DNA of 64,000 nt. Origin: Octopus sinensis (Eukaryota). Positions 52,100 through 64,000 of the stretch are shown here, one piece after another. The stretch's first letter is position 1. Each line of letters starts with the position of its first letter. The stretch lies in the NCBI RefSeq assembly GCF_006345805.1, contig NC_043003.1:87110001-87174000 (forward strand). The letters are read 5' to 3'. The translations under genes were made by a program, and so were the position numbers. The notes below the pieces were generated by a model. The model saw only the letters and a list, made by a program, of their open reading frames with translations. It did no database searches and was not told the DNA's origin.

Positions 52100-52412
52100 A
52101 GTCACCTCTTGGAATTGAACTCAGAATCTTGAGGTTAGTAGACTGTGCCGTTAACCACTATGCCATGGACAATTATGGAGTGAATTTTAGGGCTTATAAA
52201 TCTGACCCTGCAAAATAAGGGTAGACGAACATCGCAAAGCTGCGACACGAGGAGATATTGATAAACCAAGTATAGCTGATCATATATGCAAAAATGGAGA
52301 TCACCTACACCTGTGGGATGAAGTTAAAATAATTGACAGAGAACACCACTGGAAAATATGAAAACTAAAAGAAGCAGCCCATATGCTAGGACACAACAAC
52401 CTCCTAAGCAGA
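51900..52412. mobile_element. Penelope-like fragments (pLTR-like piece and GIY-YIG C-terminus at 52215-52412 on plus)
   Basis: RVDEHRK..SIADHI..WDEVKII..EAAHM; CTGATGA..GAAACG motif on the minus strand at 51960-52005. Confidence 0.55.
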
Positions 52413-52764
52413 TGGAGGGGTCGATTTGCTCGACTAAAGGTGGTGCTCCAGCATGGCCACAGTCAAATGACTGAAAAAAGTAAAAGAGTAAAGAGTAATT
52501 AGAAGTTAAATTAACCTCATTAAGGAATTGTATTATCCAATGAATTACTGGTTTAATACCTAATATTTGTTGTGAAAAATAATATTCATAAAACAACAGG
52601 GTTATATATAATTCATGATTTATAATCATTCAAAACAAAGTAAGAAAGTGGATATAGAACATTTAACAAAAATTTATAATAAAACACTTAAAAACCTAAT
52701 GGTATATCTTTTTCCTATCCCTCTGAAGAGATTTATAAAAAGGTATTTAATATACCATCTGAGC

Positions 52765-53150
52765 ATGATATTAAGAGCACCATCCTAGCATGATTGTTGC
52801 CAGAGCGGTTATCTGGCCTCCGTGCCAGTGACATGTAAAAGACACCATTCAAGCATGATCGTTACCAGCATTGCCCTACTGGAACCTGTGCCGGTGGCAT
52901 GTGTAAAAAGATTCGAGCGTGGTCATTGCCAGTACTGCCTGACTGGCCCTGTGCAAGTGGCACGTAAAAGCACCCACTACGATCTCGGCATGGTTGGCAT
53001 TAAGAAGGGCATTCAGCTGTAGAAACTCTGCCAGATCAAGATTGAAGCCTGGTGCAGCCATCTGGTTTGCTAGCCCTCAGTCATTCATCCAACCCATGCT
53101 GGCATGGAAAGTAGACGTTAAATGATGATGATGATGATGATGATGATGAT
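52765..53150 (+). mobile_element. RTE 3'-UTR-only copy
   Basis: Terminal motif and (GAT)n tail. Confidence 0.8.
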
Positions 53151-53267
53151 AACTATGTAATCTATTAGGCTTAACTGAAACAGGTGTAAGGGACTATGTT
53201 TGATTTTTGCAGATAATAAATTTTCATTAAATGTTATATCTCCATTGTCTTACTTTTTTTTTGAATG

Positions 53268-53306
<39 letters not shown>

Positions 53307-54547
53307 TATATATATATAACAAAAGCAAATGTTGTGATCTTCTATTAAAGTCTGATGTTCGCCATCCTCATGTTATATTATTTTTATATCAATCTTACAG
53401 AGGAGTTCCAAATGTGTATGCAGCCATAGAATATACCCTGCAGTTGGCTAACCTATGGCACCAAATAACAGCATTAGAAGTCTTAAATGCACAAGGTTGT
53501 TACAAGGTTTTTACCTGAATTATACGAAATGTGTGTGTGTGTGTGTGTGAGTGTGTGTGTGTAAGTATGTGTATACACATACATGCACTGTATATGTACT
53601 GTAAATGTAGAATGAAGTCTAAATGCCTTGGGCCATAGATATAATGTTGTAGTCTCATGATAAGATATGAACAGCCAGCCTCTTGATCATATGATCAAGT
53701 AGTGTTCTATCAACGCAGCCATCCATGCTTCCATAACAACCAAAATAGCTTGTTAAAAAATAACCGAAGTTGTGATTAACAAATTGTGTGAATATTTTCA
53801 AATATCTGTCATACACAATTTAAAGACAGCATTTCATTTCAAATTCCTGTCATTAATTACTCTGCAATTATTCCTCAAAACTTCAAAGGCTACAATTTGT
53901 GTTATAGAAATTGAAAGTATGTGGAATGCTGTTCGTTTTTGTCTTGAAAGAGGCACAATTATGTCAATAGGAAATTATAAAGGTTCCTCTATAAGTATGT
54001 TCAAATCTTCACTTTCCCTGTCCGTTCCAGTCATTAAGCAAAATAATAATGCAGCAGATAAGGCAACAACAACAATAACTACTACATCTACAGCCCATCT
54101 GTTATTTCATGCTGGGCTGCTTCTCAAATAAACAAAAGAAAATCTTTTGTTTATTGCAACTGCTCTTACATCGTAACAAATTGTTTTTGAATTGTATTCA
54201 TTGTTGCACTCTTATATTGCTTTTAATACTTTACAGTATAATTTGTATGTGTTTATTAGTGTGTACTGATCCATCCATCCATCAATCAATCCGTCCATCC
54301 ATCCATACATCCATCCATCTAGGAATATAAATGCAGAGACACAAAGATACATGTATATATGTGTTATGTGTGTGTGCTTGTATATGCATGTGTATATATG
54401 TGTGTGTACACATACATACTTATATATGCATATATATGTATATATATGAGTTAGCCAACAATAGAGAGAAGTTATATAATCTGTTTGTTACTTAACACTC
54501 CATTGTATTCTTTATGCAAAACCTATTGGTAAGACCAGCCGTGATCT

Positions 54548-54584
54548 TGTATATATATATATATGTGTGTGTGTGTGGTATGAG

Positions 54585-54667
<83 letters not shown>

Positions 54668-54804
54668 CACATATACACACACATATATATATATATATTA
54701 CATAGATACACATATGCATATATATATACATACACATATACATATATATATACATACTCATATACACATACACATATATATATATATACATACATACATA
54801 CACA

Positions 54805-54835
<31 letters not shown>

Positions 54836-54887
54836 GTGTATGTATATATATATATATATATATATATGCATATGTGTATCTATGTAA

Positions 54888-54921
<34 letters not shown>

Positions 54922-54942
54922 ATATGTATATGTGTATGTATG

Positions 54943-54975
<33 letters not shown>

Positions 54976-55182
54976 ATTATGTATGTGTATGTATGTTATA
55001 TATGTGTGTGTGTATTATGTATGTGTATGTATGTATATATATATGTGTGTGTGTGTGTATGTATATGTGTATGTATGTATATATATATATGTGTGTGTGT
55101 GTGTATGTATATGTGTATGTATGTGCACATATATATATATATCTGTGTATATGTAAATGTACATGTGTATGTATATATATAT

Positions 55183-55213
<31 letters not shown>

Positions 55214-55240
55214 TTATACATCCATCCATATATATATATA
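54548..55240. repeat. Compound (TA)/(TG)/(CA) microsatellite
   Basis: Direct reading. Confidence 0.95.
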
Positions 55241-58200
55241 TCACCATAGGTCAGCTACCATTATATCGGCCTATGCCCCTCAGCCGGGGCTACTGGAAGA
55301 CCAATTCTATGACACCCTATTGCAGACTACCTCGCTGACAAATGACAGGGACCTTCTCTTTGTGGCTGGTGACTTCAATGGACATGTTGGTTGGCATGTC
55401 GGAGGCTTCATGGCATACATGGAGACTACGGTCTTGGTTCTCGCAATGAGGAGCGAACCAGGCTGCTGGAGTTCTGCAATGCAAATGATCTTATGGTTTG
55501 CAATACCAACTTCAGGAAACCCACCTCTCACCTAGTCACCTACCGTTCTGGCAGACACACTAGCCAGATTGACTACATCCTCACCAGAAAAAGGGAAAGA
55601 GAGCTGCTTATAAATGCCAAAACCTTCCCAGGCGAAGAATGTACCTCTCAACATAGATTAGTAGTTAGCGACTTCAGGATCAGGGCTAAATGGTTGCCCA
55701 GAAGAAGACCTGCTTGGAGGAGAAGGGTCTGGAAGCTTAAAGATCCTGCAAATGGACAGAGATTTAGAGATGTGCTACTTGAAGCCTTCGATGAAATAGA
55801 AGGGGATATAGCAACACATAATGTGGAAGACAACTGGAGGTTTCTACGGGACAATCTGCTGAGAGCCACTGACCAGATCTGTGGATGGAGCAAAGTCCCA
55901 TCTCGACCCAAGGTAATGTGGTGGTGGAACAATGTGGTTGACAGGGCTATTAGACAAGAAACAGGCTTGGAGGGACTGGAAGAACGGAGGTAGGAGGGAA
56001 TTATATCAGACTGCCAGAAGGGAAGCAAGGAGACAGGTTTATCTAGCCAGAGGGGAAGCAGATAAGAAAAAATTTGCCAATGTTCTGCACCATGAGGACC
56101 AAAAACTTGAAGTATTTCGTGTTGCAAGACAGTGCGTGAGAGAGAATCATGATGTGGTAGGAGAGAAATGGGTCTGTATGGATGATGGTTCACTTGCACT
56201 AAATGAGGCTGCAAAGAGAGAGGTTTGGAGACGCCACTATGAAAGATTACTCAATAAAGAGAATGAATGGGAGAAAGACAGTTTGCCGAATGTCGACCCA
56301 ACAGAAGGACCAGCTATCCGAATTGACAGTACCTTGGTAGTTAAAGCAATTAAGAGTATGAAGACAGGGAAAGCCCCCGGCCCATCAGAAATCACTGCAG
56401 AAATGCTCAAAATATCTGGCAGTGTCGGCTATAGCCTAGTCACCCGTATAGTTAACCAGGTGATACACGAAGGAGTCATACTCAATGACTAGTGTAGCAG
56501 CAAAATAGTCAACTGCTACAAAGGTAAAGGTGAAATTCCAGATACAAACAATTACAGAGGTATCAAGTTGCTGGATCAAGTAATGAAGGTTACGGAGAGG
56601 GTCATAGCCCAACTAATTAGAGAGAGAGTCAGTTTAGATGAGATGCAGTTTGGGTTCATGCCACGAAAAAGTACCACTGATGCTATATTCCTGGTAAGAC
56701 AGCTGCAGGAGAAATACCGAGCCAAAGATAAACCTCTGTACCTGGCTTTCGTTGACATGGAGAAAGCCTTTGACAGGGTCCCCCAATCCCTTATCTGGTG
56801 GTCAATGAGGAAACTAGGGATAGATGAATGGTTAGTGAGAGTTGTGCGAGCCATGTACAGGGACGCTGTTAGAAGGTGAGTTTTGGCAACGAGTACAGTG
56901 AAGAATTCTGAGTAGAGGTAGGGGTCCACCAAGGTTCAGTCCTCAGCCCCCTCCTATTTATCATAGTCCTCCAAGCAATAACGGAGGAATTCAAGACAGG
57001 TTGCCCCTGGGAGCTCCTCTATGCTGATGACCTTGCTCTAATTGCTGAGTCACTATCAGAATTGGAGGAGAAGTTTCAGGTGTGGAAGCAAGGATTAGAA
57101 TCGAAGGGCCTTAGAGTCAACCTAGCTAAAACCAAACTCCTAATAAGTAGGAAGGTAGACAAATCACAAACGCCTTCAGGTAGATGGCCCTGCTTAATCT
57201 GTAGAAAAGGCGTAGGTAGAAACTCTATAAGATGCACCAACTGTAAGCTATGGACACATAAGAGGTGCAGCAATGTCAAAGGAAGGCTAACTAGGAAGAT
57301 AGTTTTTGTATGTGGCAGATGCTCAAGAGCAATAAACACTGAAAATGCACAGTGACCAACTTCCACCACATTCCAGGGAGAAAAACTAGAAGTAGTTGAT
57401 AGCTTCCATTACCTTGGTGACCAAGTCAGTAGCAGGGGTGGGTGTGCTGAAAGTGTAACTGCTTGAGTAAGAATAGCCTGGGCAAAGTTCATAGAGCTTT
57501 TACCTCTGCTGGTGACAAAGGGCCTCTCACTCAGAGTAAAAGGCAGACTGTATGACGCACCTGTACAAACAGCCATGCGACATGGCAGTGAAACATGGGC
57601 CGTGACTGCTGAGGATATGTGTAAGCTCGCGAGAAATGAAGCCAGTATGCTCTGATGGATGTGTAATGTCAGTGTTCATACTCGACAGAATGTAAGTACC
57701 TTGAGAGAAAAGTTGGACCTAAGAAGCATCAGTTGTAGTGTGCAAGAGAGTCGTTTGCGCTGGTATGGTCATGAGGCAAGAATGGATGAAGATAGTTGTG
57801 CGAAAAAGTGTCACATCCTAGCAGTTGAGGGAACCTGTGGAGGAGATAGACCCAGGGAAACCTGGGATGAGGTGGTGAAGCATGACCTTCAAATATTAGG
57901 GCTCACCGAGGAAATGACTAGTGTCTGAGAGCTCTGGAAGTATGCTGTGCGTGAGAAGACCCAGCAGGACAAGTGAGACCATAACCCGTGGCCTCTACCT
58001 GGGATGTAGCCAGTCCACTTATGCATACCTTTCCTTCTTGGGACACAAAACTCTACTTGTGAAGACCTGTTGAAACCAGTGTCGGTGACACGTAAGAGAA
58101 CCATCCGAACATGGCCGTTGCCAGCGCTACCCCGACTGGCTTCCATGCTGGTGGCACATAAAAAGTACCATCCGATCGTGGCCGTTGCCAGCCCTGTTTG

Positions 58201-58458
58201 GCCTCCGTGCCGGTGGCACGTAAAAAGCACCATCCGATCATGGCCATTGCCAGCCTCGTCTGGCACCTGTGCCGGTGGCATGTAAAAAGCACCCACTACA
58301 CTCACGGTGTGGTTGGCGTTAGGAAGGGCATCCAGCTGTAGAAACACTGCCAGATCAGACTGGGCCTGGTGCAGCCTTCTGGCTTCCCAGACCGCAGTTG
58401 AAGCATCCAACCCATGCTAGCATGGAAAGCGGACATTAAGCGATGATGATGATGATGG
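55241..58458 (+). pseudogene. Near-complete RTE LINE ORF2 (APE, RT, PHD) with 3' UTR; inactivated
   Basis: [28 protein letters not shown] (APE); NYRGIKLL, FVDMEKAFDRV, HQGSVLSPLLF, LLYADD (RT); stop at 57974-57976; VNTR 3' UTR; (GAT)n tail; internal stops and frameshifts. Confidence 0.95.
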
Positions 58459-58579
58459 TGATATATATATACATCCATCCATCCATATATATATATATAT
58501 ATTAAATTAGAGATAAAACCACTATTAGGCAAATATAATTTTTCCCTGTAAGTTTGAATTTACTCGCTAATATTGTTAT

Positions 58580-58615
<36 letters not shown>

Positions 58616-58704
58616 GTATATATATACATCCATCTATATATATATACACACATCTTTACTGTAGGTGTAACAGGGAAAAACTGACGTGGCCCAGCGATGT
58701 ATAT

Positions 58705-58746
<42 letters not shown>

Positions 58747-58949
58747 TATATATATGTATGTATGTATGTATGTATTTATGTACTTATGCGTGTGTGTCTT
58801 TGTGTTTGCGTTCATCACCAGCTGCTTCTTGGCAACCAGTATTGATTTGTTTACATCCTGTAAGTTAGCAATTTGTAAAAAGAGACCAATAGAATAAACA
58901 TTGGCTTAGAAATAAGTACTGACATTGATTTGATTAAGATAGGGCTTAA

Positions 58950-59169
58950 CCCTTTAGCATTCAAACCGGCCATATCCAGCCAAAATATTTAACTTGTTTT
59001 ATATTGAAACTGACCAGATCCCACCTCTCACCTCAGCCCTACCATGTCATTCTAAAACTAAAACATCACATCACAGAAATATCTAAACTACAAGATTATG
59101 CATGATTAATTCAAAACAAAATAAATAAACCAACATCACATTTGATAGAATAATCTGAACACTAAAGGG
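58950..59169. mobile_element. piggyBac-type MITE, copy 2, nested in a SINE A tail
   Basis: TTAA|CCCTTTAG..CTAAAGGG|TTAA; homologous to 45908-46128. Confidence 0.85.
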
Positions 59170-59380
59170 TTAAGTATGGTCACAGTCTAATGACTAAAAC
59201 AAGTAAAATGTAAAAGGTAAATATATAAGTATATATATATATAAAACTTTTACAAGGAAAAGGTTGACTGTATTATTTCAGCTTGTTCAACTTCATCAAA
59301 CAGTCTGATGAAGATGGGCATGCCTAAACTTTGAAATCACTGTCAACCTTTATGTTGTAGAGATTTGATAAATATGTGCC

Positions 59381-59525
59381 CTAGGTGTGGCTGTGAGGTA
59401 AGAAGCTTACTTCCCAACCACATGGTTCTGGGTTCAGTCCCACTGCATGGCACCTGGGGCAAGTGTCTTCTGCTATAGCCTTGTGAATGTAGATTTGGTA
59501 GAAAGAAACTGAAAGAAGCCCATGA
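59381..59525 (+). mobile_element. SINE family A head
   Basis: GGTTCAGTCCCACTG..GGGCAAGTGTCTTC. Confidence 0.75.
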
Positions 59526-59538
59526 TCTATGTATATAA

Positions 59539-59580
<42 letters not shown>

Positions 59581-59597
59581 CTCTATATATATATAAC

Positions 59598-60843
59598 TCA
59601 ACTTGTGTGTCTTACCAGGAATATAGCATCAGTGGTACTTTTTCCTGGCACGAACCCAAACTGCATCTCATCTAAACTGACTCTCTCTCTAATTAGTTGG
59701 GATATGACCCTCTCTGTAACCTTCATTACTTGATCCAGCAAGTTGATACCTCTGTAATTATTTGCATCTGGAATGTCACCTTTACCTTTGTAGCAGTTGA
59801 CTATTTTGCTGCTACACTAGTCATTGGGTATGACTCCTTCATGTCTCACCTGGTTAACTATATGGGTGACTAGGCTATAGCCGACACTGCCAGATATTTT
59901 GAGCATCTCTGCAGTGATTTCTGATGGGCCTAGGGCTTTCCCTGTCTTCATACTCTTAATTGCTTTAACTACCAAGGCACTGTCAATTCGGATAGCTGGT
60001 CCTTCTGTTGGGTTGACATTCGGCAAACTGTCTTTCTCCCATTCATTCTCTTTATCGAGTAATCTTTCATAGTGGCATCTCCAAACCTCTCTCTTTGCAG
60101 CCTCATTTAGTGCAAGTGAACCATCATCCATACGGACCCATTTCTCTCCTACCACATCATGATTCTTTCTCACGCACTGTCTTGCAACACGAAATACTTC
60201 AAGTTTTTGGTCCTCATGGTGCAGAACATTGGCAAATTTTTTCTTATCTGCTTCCCCTCTGGCTAAATAAACCTGTCTCCTTGCTTCCCTGCTGGCAGTC
60301 TGATACACTTCCCTGCTACCACCGTTCTTCCAGTCCCTCCAAGCCTGTTTCTTTTGTCTAATAGCCCTGTCAACAACATTGTTCCACCACCACGTTACCC
60401 TGGGTCAAGATGGGACTTTGCTCCATCCACAGATCTGGTCAGTGGCTCTCAGCAGATTGTCCAGTAGAAACCTCCAGTTGTCTTCCACATTATGTGAAGC
60501 TATATCCCCTTCTATTTCATCGAAGACTTCGAGTAGTACGTCTCTAAATCTCTGTCCATTTGCAGGATCTTTAAGCTTCCAGACCCTTCTCCTCCAAGCA
60601 GGTCTTCTTCTGGGCAACCATTTAGCCCTGATCCTGAAGTCGCTAACTAGTAATCTATGTTGAGGAGTACATTCTTTGCCAGGGAAGGTTTTGGCATTTA
60701 TAAGCAGCCCTCTTTCCCTCTTTCTGGCGAGGATGTAGTCAATCTGGCTGGTGTGTCTGCCAGAACGGTAGGTGACTAGGTGAGAGGTGGGTTTCCTGAA
60801 GTTGTTATGCAAACCATAAGGTCATTTGCATCGCAGAACTCAT
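59598..60843 (-). pseudogene. RTE ORF2 internal segment truncated at both ends
   Basis: Reverse complement of about 55470-56700; bounded by (TA)n. Confidence 0.9.
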
Positions 60844-60871
60844 ATAGATATATATATATATATATATATTC

Positions 60872-60924
<53 letters not shown>

Positions 60925-60971
60925 TATATAAATATATATATATATATTCATATATTATATATATATATATA

Positions 60972-62042
60972 TATATCATCTACATCATCACATCATCGTT
61001 TAACGTCCGCTTTCCATGCTAGCATGGGTTGGACGGTTCAACTGGGGTCTGGGGAACCCGAAGGCTGCACCAGGCCAGTCTGATCTGGCAGTGTTTCTAC
61101 AGCTGGATGCCCTTCCTAACGCCAACCACTCTGAGAGTGTAGTGGGTGATTTTATGTGCCACTGACACAGGTGCCAGACGAGGTTGGCGAACGGCCACGC
61201 TCGGATGGTGTTTTTTTATGTGCCACTGACACAGGTGCCAGACGAGGCTGGCAGACGGCCATGCTCGGATGGTGTTTTTTATGTGCCACCGACACAGGTG
61301 CCAGACGAGGCTGGCGAACGTCCACGATCGGATGGTGTTTGTTACGTGCCCACAGCACGAAGGCCAGTTGATGCGGTACTGGCTACGGCCACGTTCGGAT
61401 GGTTTTCTTATGTGCCACCGGCACTGGTACCACAAAGATACAAATTCCATTGATGTTCATCTATTTTGATTTGGTTTGATTTTGGTTTGATTTTTACTTG
61501 CCTCAACAGGTCTTCACAAGTGTCACAAGAAGGAAGGTATGCACAGGTGGACTGACTACATCTCAGGTAGGGGCCACGGGTTATGGCCTCACTAGTCTTG
61601 CCGGGTCTTCTCACGCACAGCATACTTCCATAGGTCTCGGTCTCTAGTCATTTCCTTGGTGAGACCTAAAGTTCGAAGGTCGTGCTTCACCACCTCGTCC
61701 CAGGTTTTCCTGGGTCTACCTCTTCCACAGGTTCCCTCAACTGCTAGGGTGTACCACTTTTGCACACAACTATCTTCAGCCATTCTCGTCACATGACCAT
61801 ACCAGTGCAGCCGTCTCTCTTGCACACCACAACTGATGCTTCTTATGTTCAACTTTTCTCTCAAGGTACTTACATTCTGTCGATTATGAACACTGACATT
61901 ACACATCCATCGGAGCATACTGGCTTCATTTCTTGCGAGCTTACGAATATCCTCAGCAGTCACGGCCCATGTTTCACTACCATGTAGCATGGCTGTACGT
62001 ACACATGCATCATACAGTCTGCCTTTTACTCTGAGCGAGAGT
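60972..62042 (-). mobile_element. 5'-truncated RTE (ORF2 C-terminus plus 3' UTR)
   Basis: ORF 61592-61990 MLHGSETW..GRGRPRKTW; VNTR and tail. Confidence 0.9.
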
Positions 62043-62144
62043 AGTATATATATATAATATATATATCATATATATATATATATATATATATATGATATAT
62101 AGATATCTATATATATATATATAATGATATCATATATATTATAA

Positions 62145-62192
<48 letters not shown>

Positions 62193-63105
62193 GATAATAA
62201 TAATATTAGGGAGTAAATCCAAACTTACAGGGAAAAATTAGATTTAGGATTAAATCTAATTTCACAGTATAAATATGAATTAAATTAGATCATCTTCAAG
62301 ACTTTCCCTTCCACTCTTAAATTCAGTTGCCCACTTTCACATCTCTTAATGTAGCAACCATGTCAGAATCCCCGTCCTTGGGGACTAAACCGTTTTTTTA
62401 GCAGGTACTTGCTAACACTATGATGCTAAATTTTGTCGATTTTAAAGAAAAGTCACTACTAGTTACTTTTGAAGTCTTCCTTGGACAGTGAGATGTCAGT
62501 ATAGCGGGGAAAAAAATCAATGCAGTTATTAACAAGAACAGTTGAAATTAATTCATGCAAGATTTCACAGCTCTAGCATTACTCCTTCTTAGTCAGTTTG
62601 TGATCTTTATAGCTCACCCTCATATTAACCTTAAGAGATCCTCTCATAGGCGCTTAGTACATAAAAGCACACATGTAAATCAAAGCAGATAAAATTCACG
62701 TGTCATGGGCACAGGAAATTTCCATATCACGTGATTTCATTCTATTGGAACTCGATAAGGTGACTGCATGCCAGTCAAATCTCACTGTTACAATATAAAA
62801 AATATCAGCATCTTTTCAGATACTGATGTGACAAATAGCCATCAGGCTTATTAAAAATCAATTATTATCTGTTGTGGCCATGATATATATGTATGTATAT
62901 ATATTATATATATATATATATATAATATATATATATAATATTATAATTAATTTGAATCTAAATTGTTGCTGAACTTATATATATATATCTATATCCTCCT
63001 CCTCCTCCTCATCATCATCATCATCATTATCATCATTTAATGTCCGCTTTCCGTGCTGGCATGAGTTGGACAATTCCATATGTGTATACATATATATATA
63101 TACAC

Positions 63106-63139
<34 letters not shown>

Positions 63140-63155
63140 CGCACATATATATATG

Positions 63156-63186
<31 letters not shown>

Positions 63187-63210
63187 GCAACACACACACA
63201 CACACACATA

Positions 63211-63242
<32 letters not shown>

Positions 63243-63464
63243 TATATATACATACATATATATATACATACTTTGTATGTATGTATGGAGGGATGGATGG
63301 ATGGATGTGTATATACTAAAGTATGTAGTTTGTGTATGTGGGTGTAAATGTATATATATGTGTGTGTATGTGTATATAAAAATTGTATATATAATACTTT
63401 GTTTTGGGTGGGAAACTGGGTATTGAAGCACACATAAAGCTATAAATAACAGCATGTAAATATT

Positions 63465-63672
63465 GATTTCAAATTTTGGGTCAAGGCCAACAATGCTGGA
63501 GAAGCAAATAAGTTGATTACCAGTGTTCAACTGGTGTATATTTTATTGACACCAAAAGAATGAAAGGGAAAGTCAATCTCGGTGAAATTTGAACTCAGAA
63601 TGTGAAAATAGATGAAACACTGCCAAGTGTTTCACCTGTTGTTCTATTGATTCTGCTAGCTCACTGCCTTTA
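63465..63672 (-). mobile_element. SINE family B
   Basis: Degenerate family B motifs. Confidence 0.65.
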
Positions 63673-63734
63673 CAAGAAATGGTGGGGTTGAAATGGTCCT
63701 GACTTTGGATTAAAAAAAATACAGGAGGATCAGT

Positions 63735-64000
63735 TAATGATTATTTTATTCAATCATCATCATCATCATCATCGTTTAACGTCCGTTTTCCGCACTAGCA
63801 CGGGTTGGACGGTTTCGACCGGGGTCTGGGGAGCTCGGGACTGCCCCAGGCTCCAGTCTAGTCTGGCAGTGTTTCTACAGCTGGATGCCCTTCCTAACGC
63901 CAACCACTCCGCGAGTGTAGTGGGTGTTTTTTACGTGCCACCTGCACAGGTGCCAGAGGGGTCTGGCATCGGCCAAGTTCGGATGGTGCTTTTTATGTGG
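63735..64000 (-). mobile_element. RTE 3' end running off the window
   Basis: (CAT)n, terminal motif, first tandem units. Confidence 0.85.

Noticed and set aside
54514-55247. Many YI/CV/HT-rich ORFs here and at other arrays
   Set aside because: Translations of (TA)n, (TG)n and (TATG)n microsatellites.
58500-62250. About 45-bp inverted match between 58537-58580 and 62195-62240 as TIRs of a large element
   Set aside because: No TSD was found, and both sit at microsatellite edges; more likely two copies of a short dispersed repeat.

Overview
Eukaryotic, AT-rich, very repeat-dense DNA. No host protein-coding gene, rRNA, true tRNA or CRISPR array can be supported. The SINE/RTE repertoire and long (TA)n, (TATG)n and (GATA)n arrays look like octopus (coleoid cephalopod) intronic or intergenic DNA; this is an inference and was not searched. 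Retroelements: an RTE LINE family (one near-full ORF2, several large fragments, about 13 copies of its VNTR-containing 3' end), two Tx1/L1-clade remnants, a young CR1-like 3' half, an R4/Dong-like RLE fragment in (TAA)n, Penelope fragments, and at least four tRNA-derived SINE families. DNA elements: a full-length mellifera-like mariner, an irritans-like mariner, a DD36E Tc1-like element, a pogo-like transposase, Helitron fragments, and MITEs with TA, TTAA and 8-bp TSDs. Best leads: a C4HC3 PHD finger embedded in RTE ORF2; an inverted RTE sister copy sharing a premature stop; the DD36E element; a possible 89-aa spliced micro-ORF with a duplicated 14-aa motif; a Helitron/pogo composite; one SINE head carrying three different tails; and a palindrome with hammerhead-like cores on both strands. 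All coordinates and alignments were done by eye and may be off by a few bases. Family assignments come from motif recognition, not database searches.
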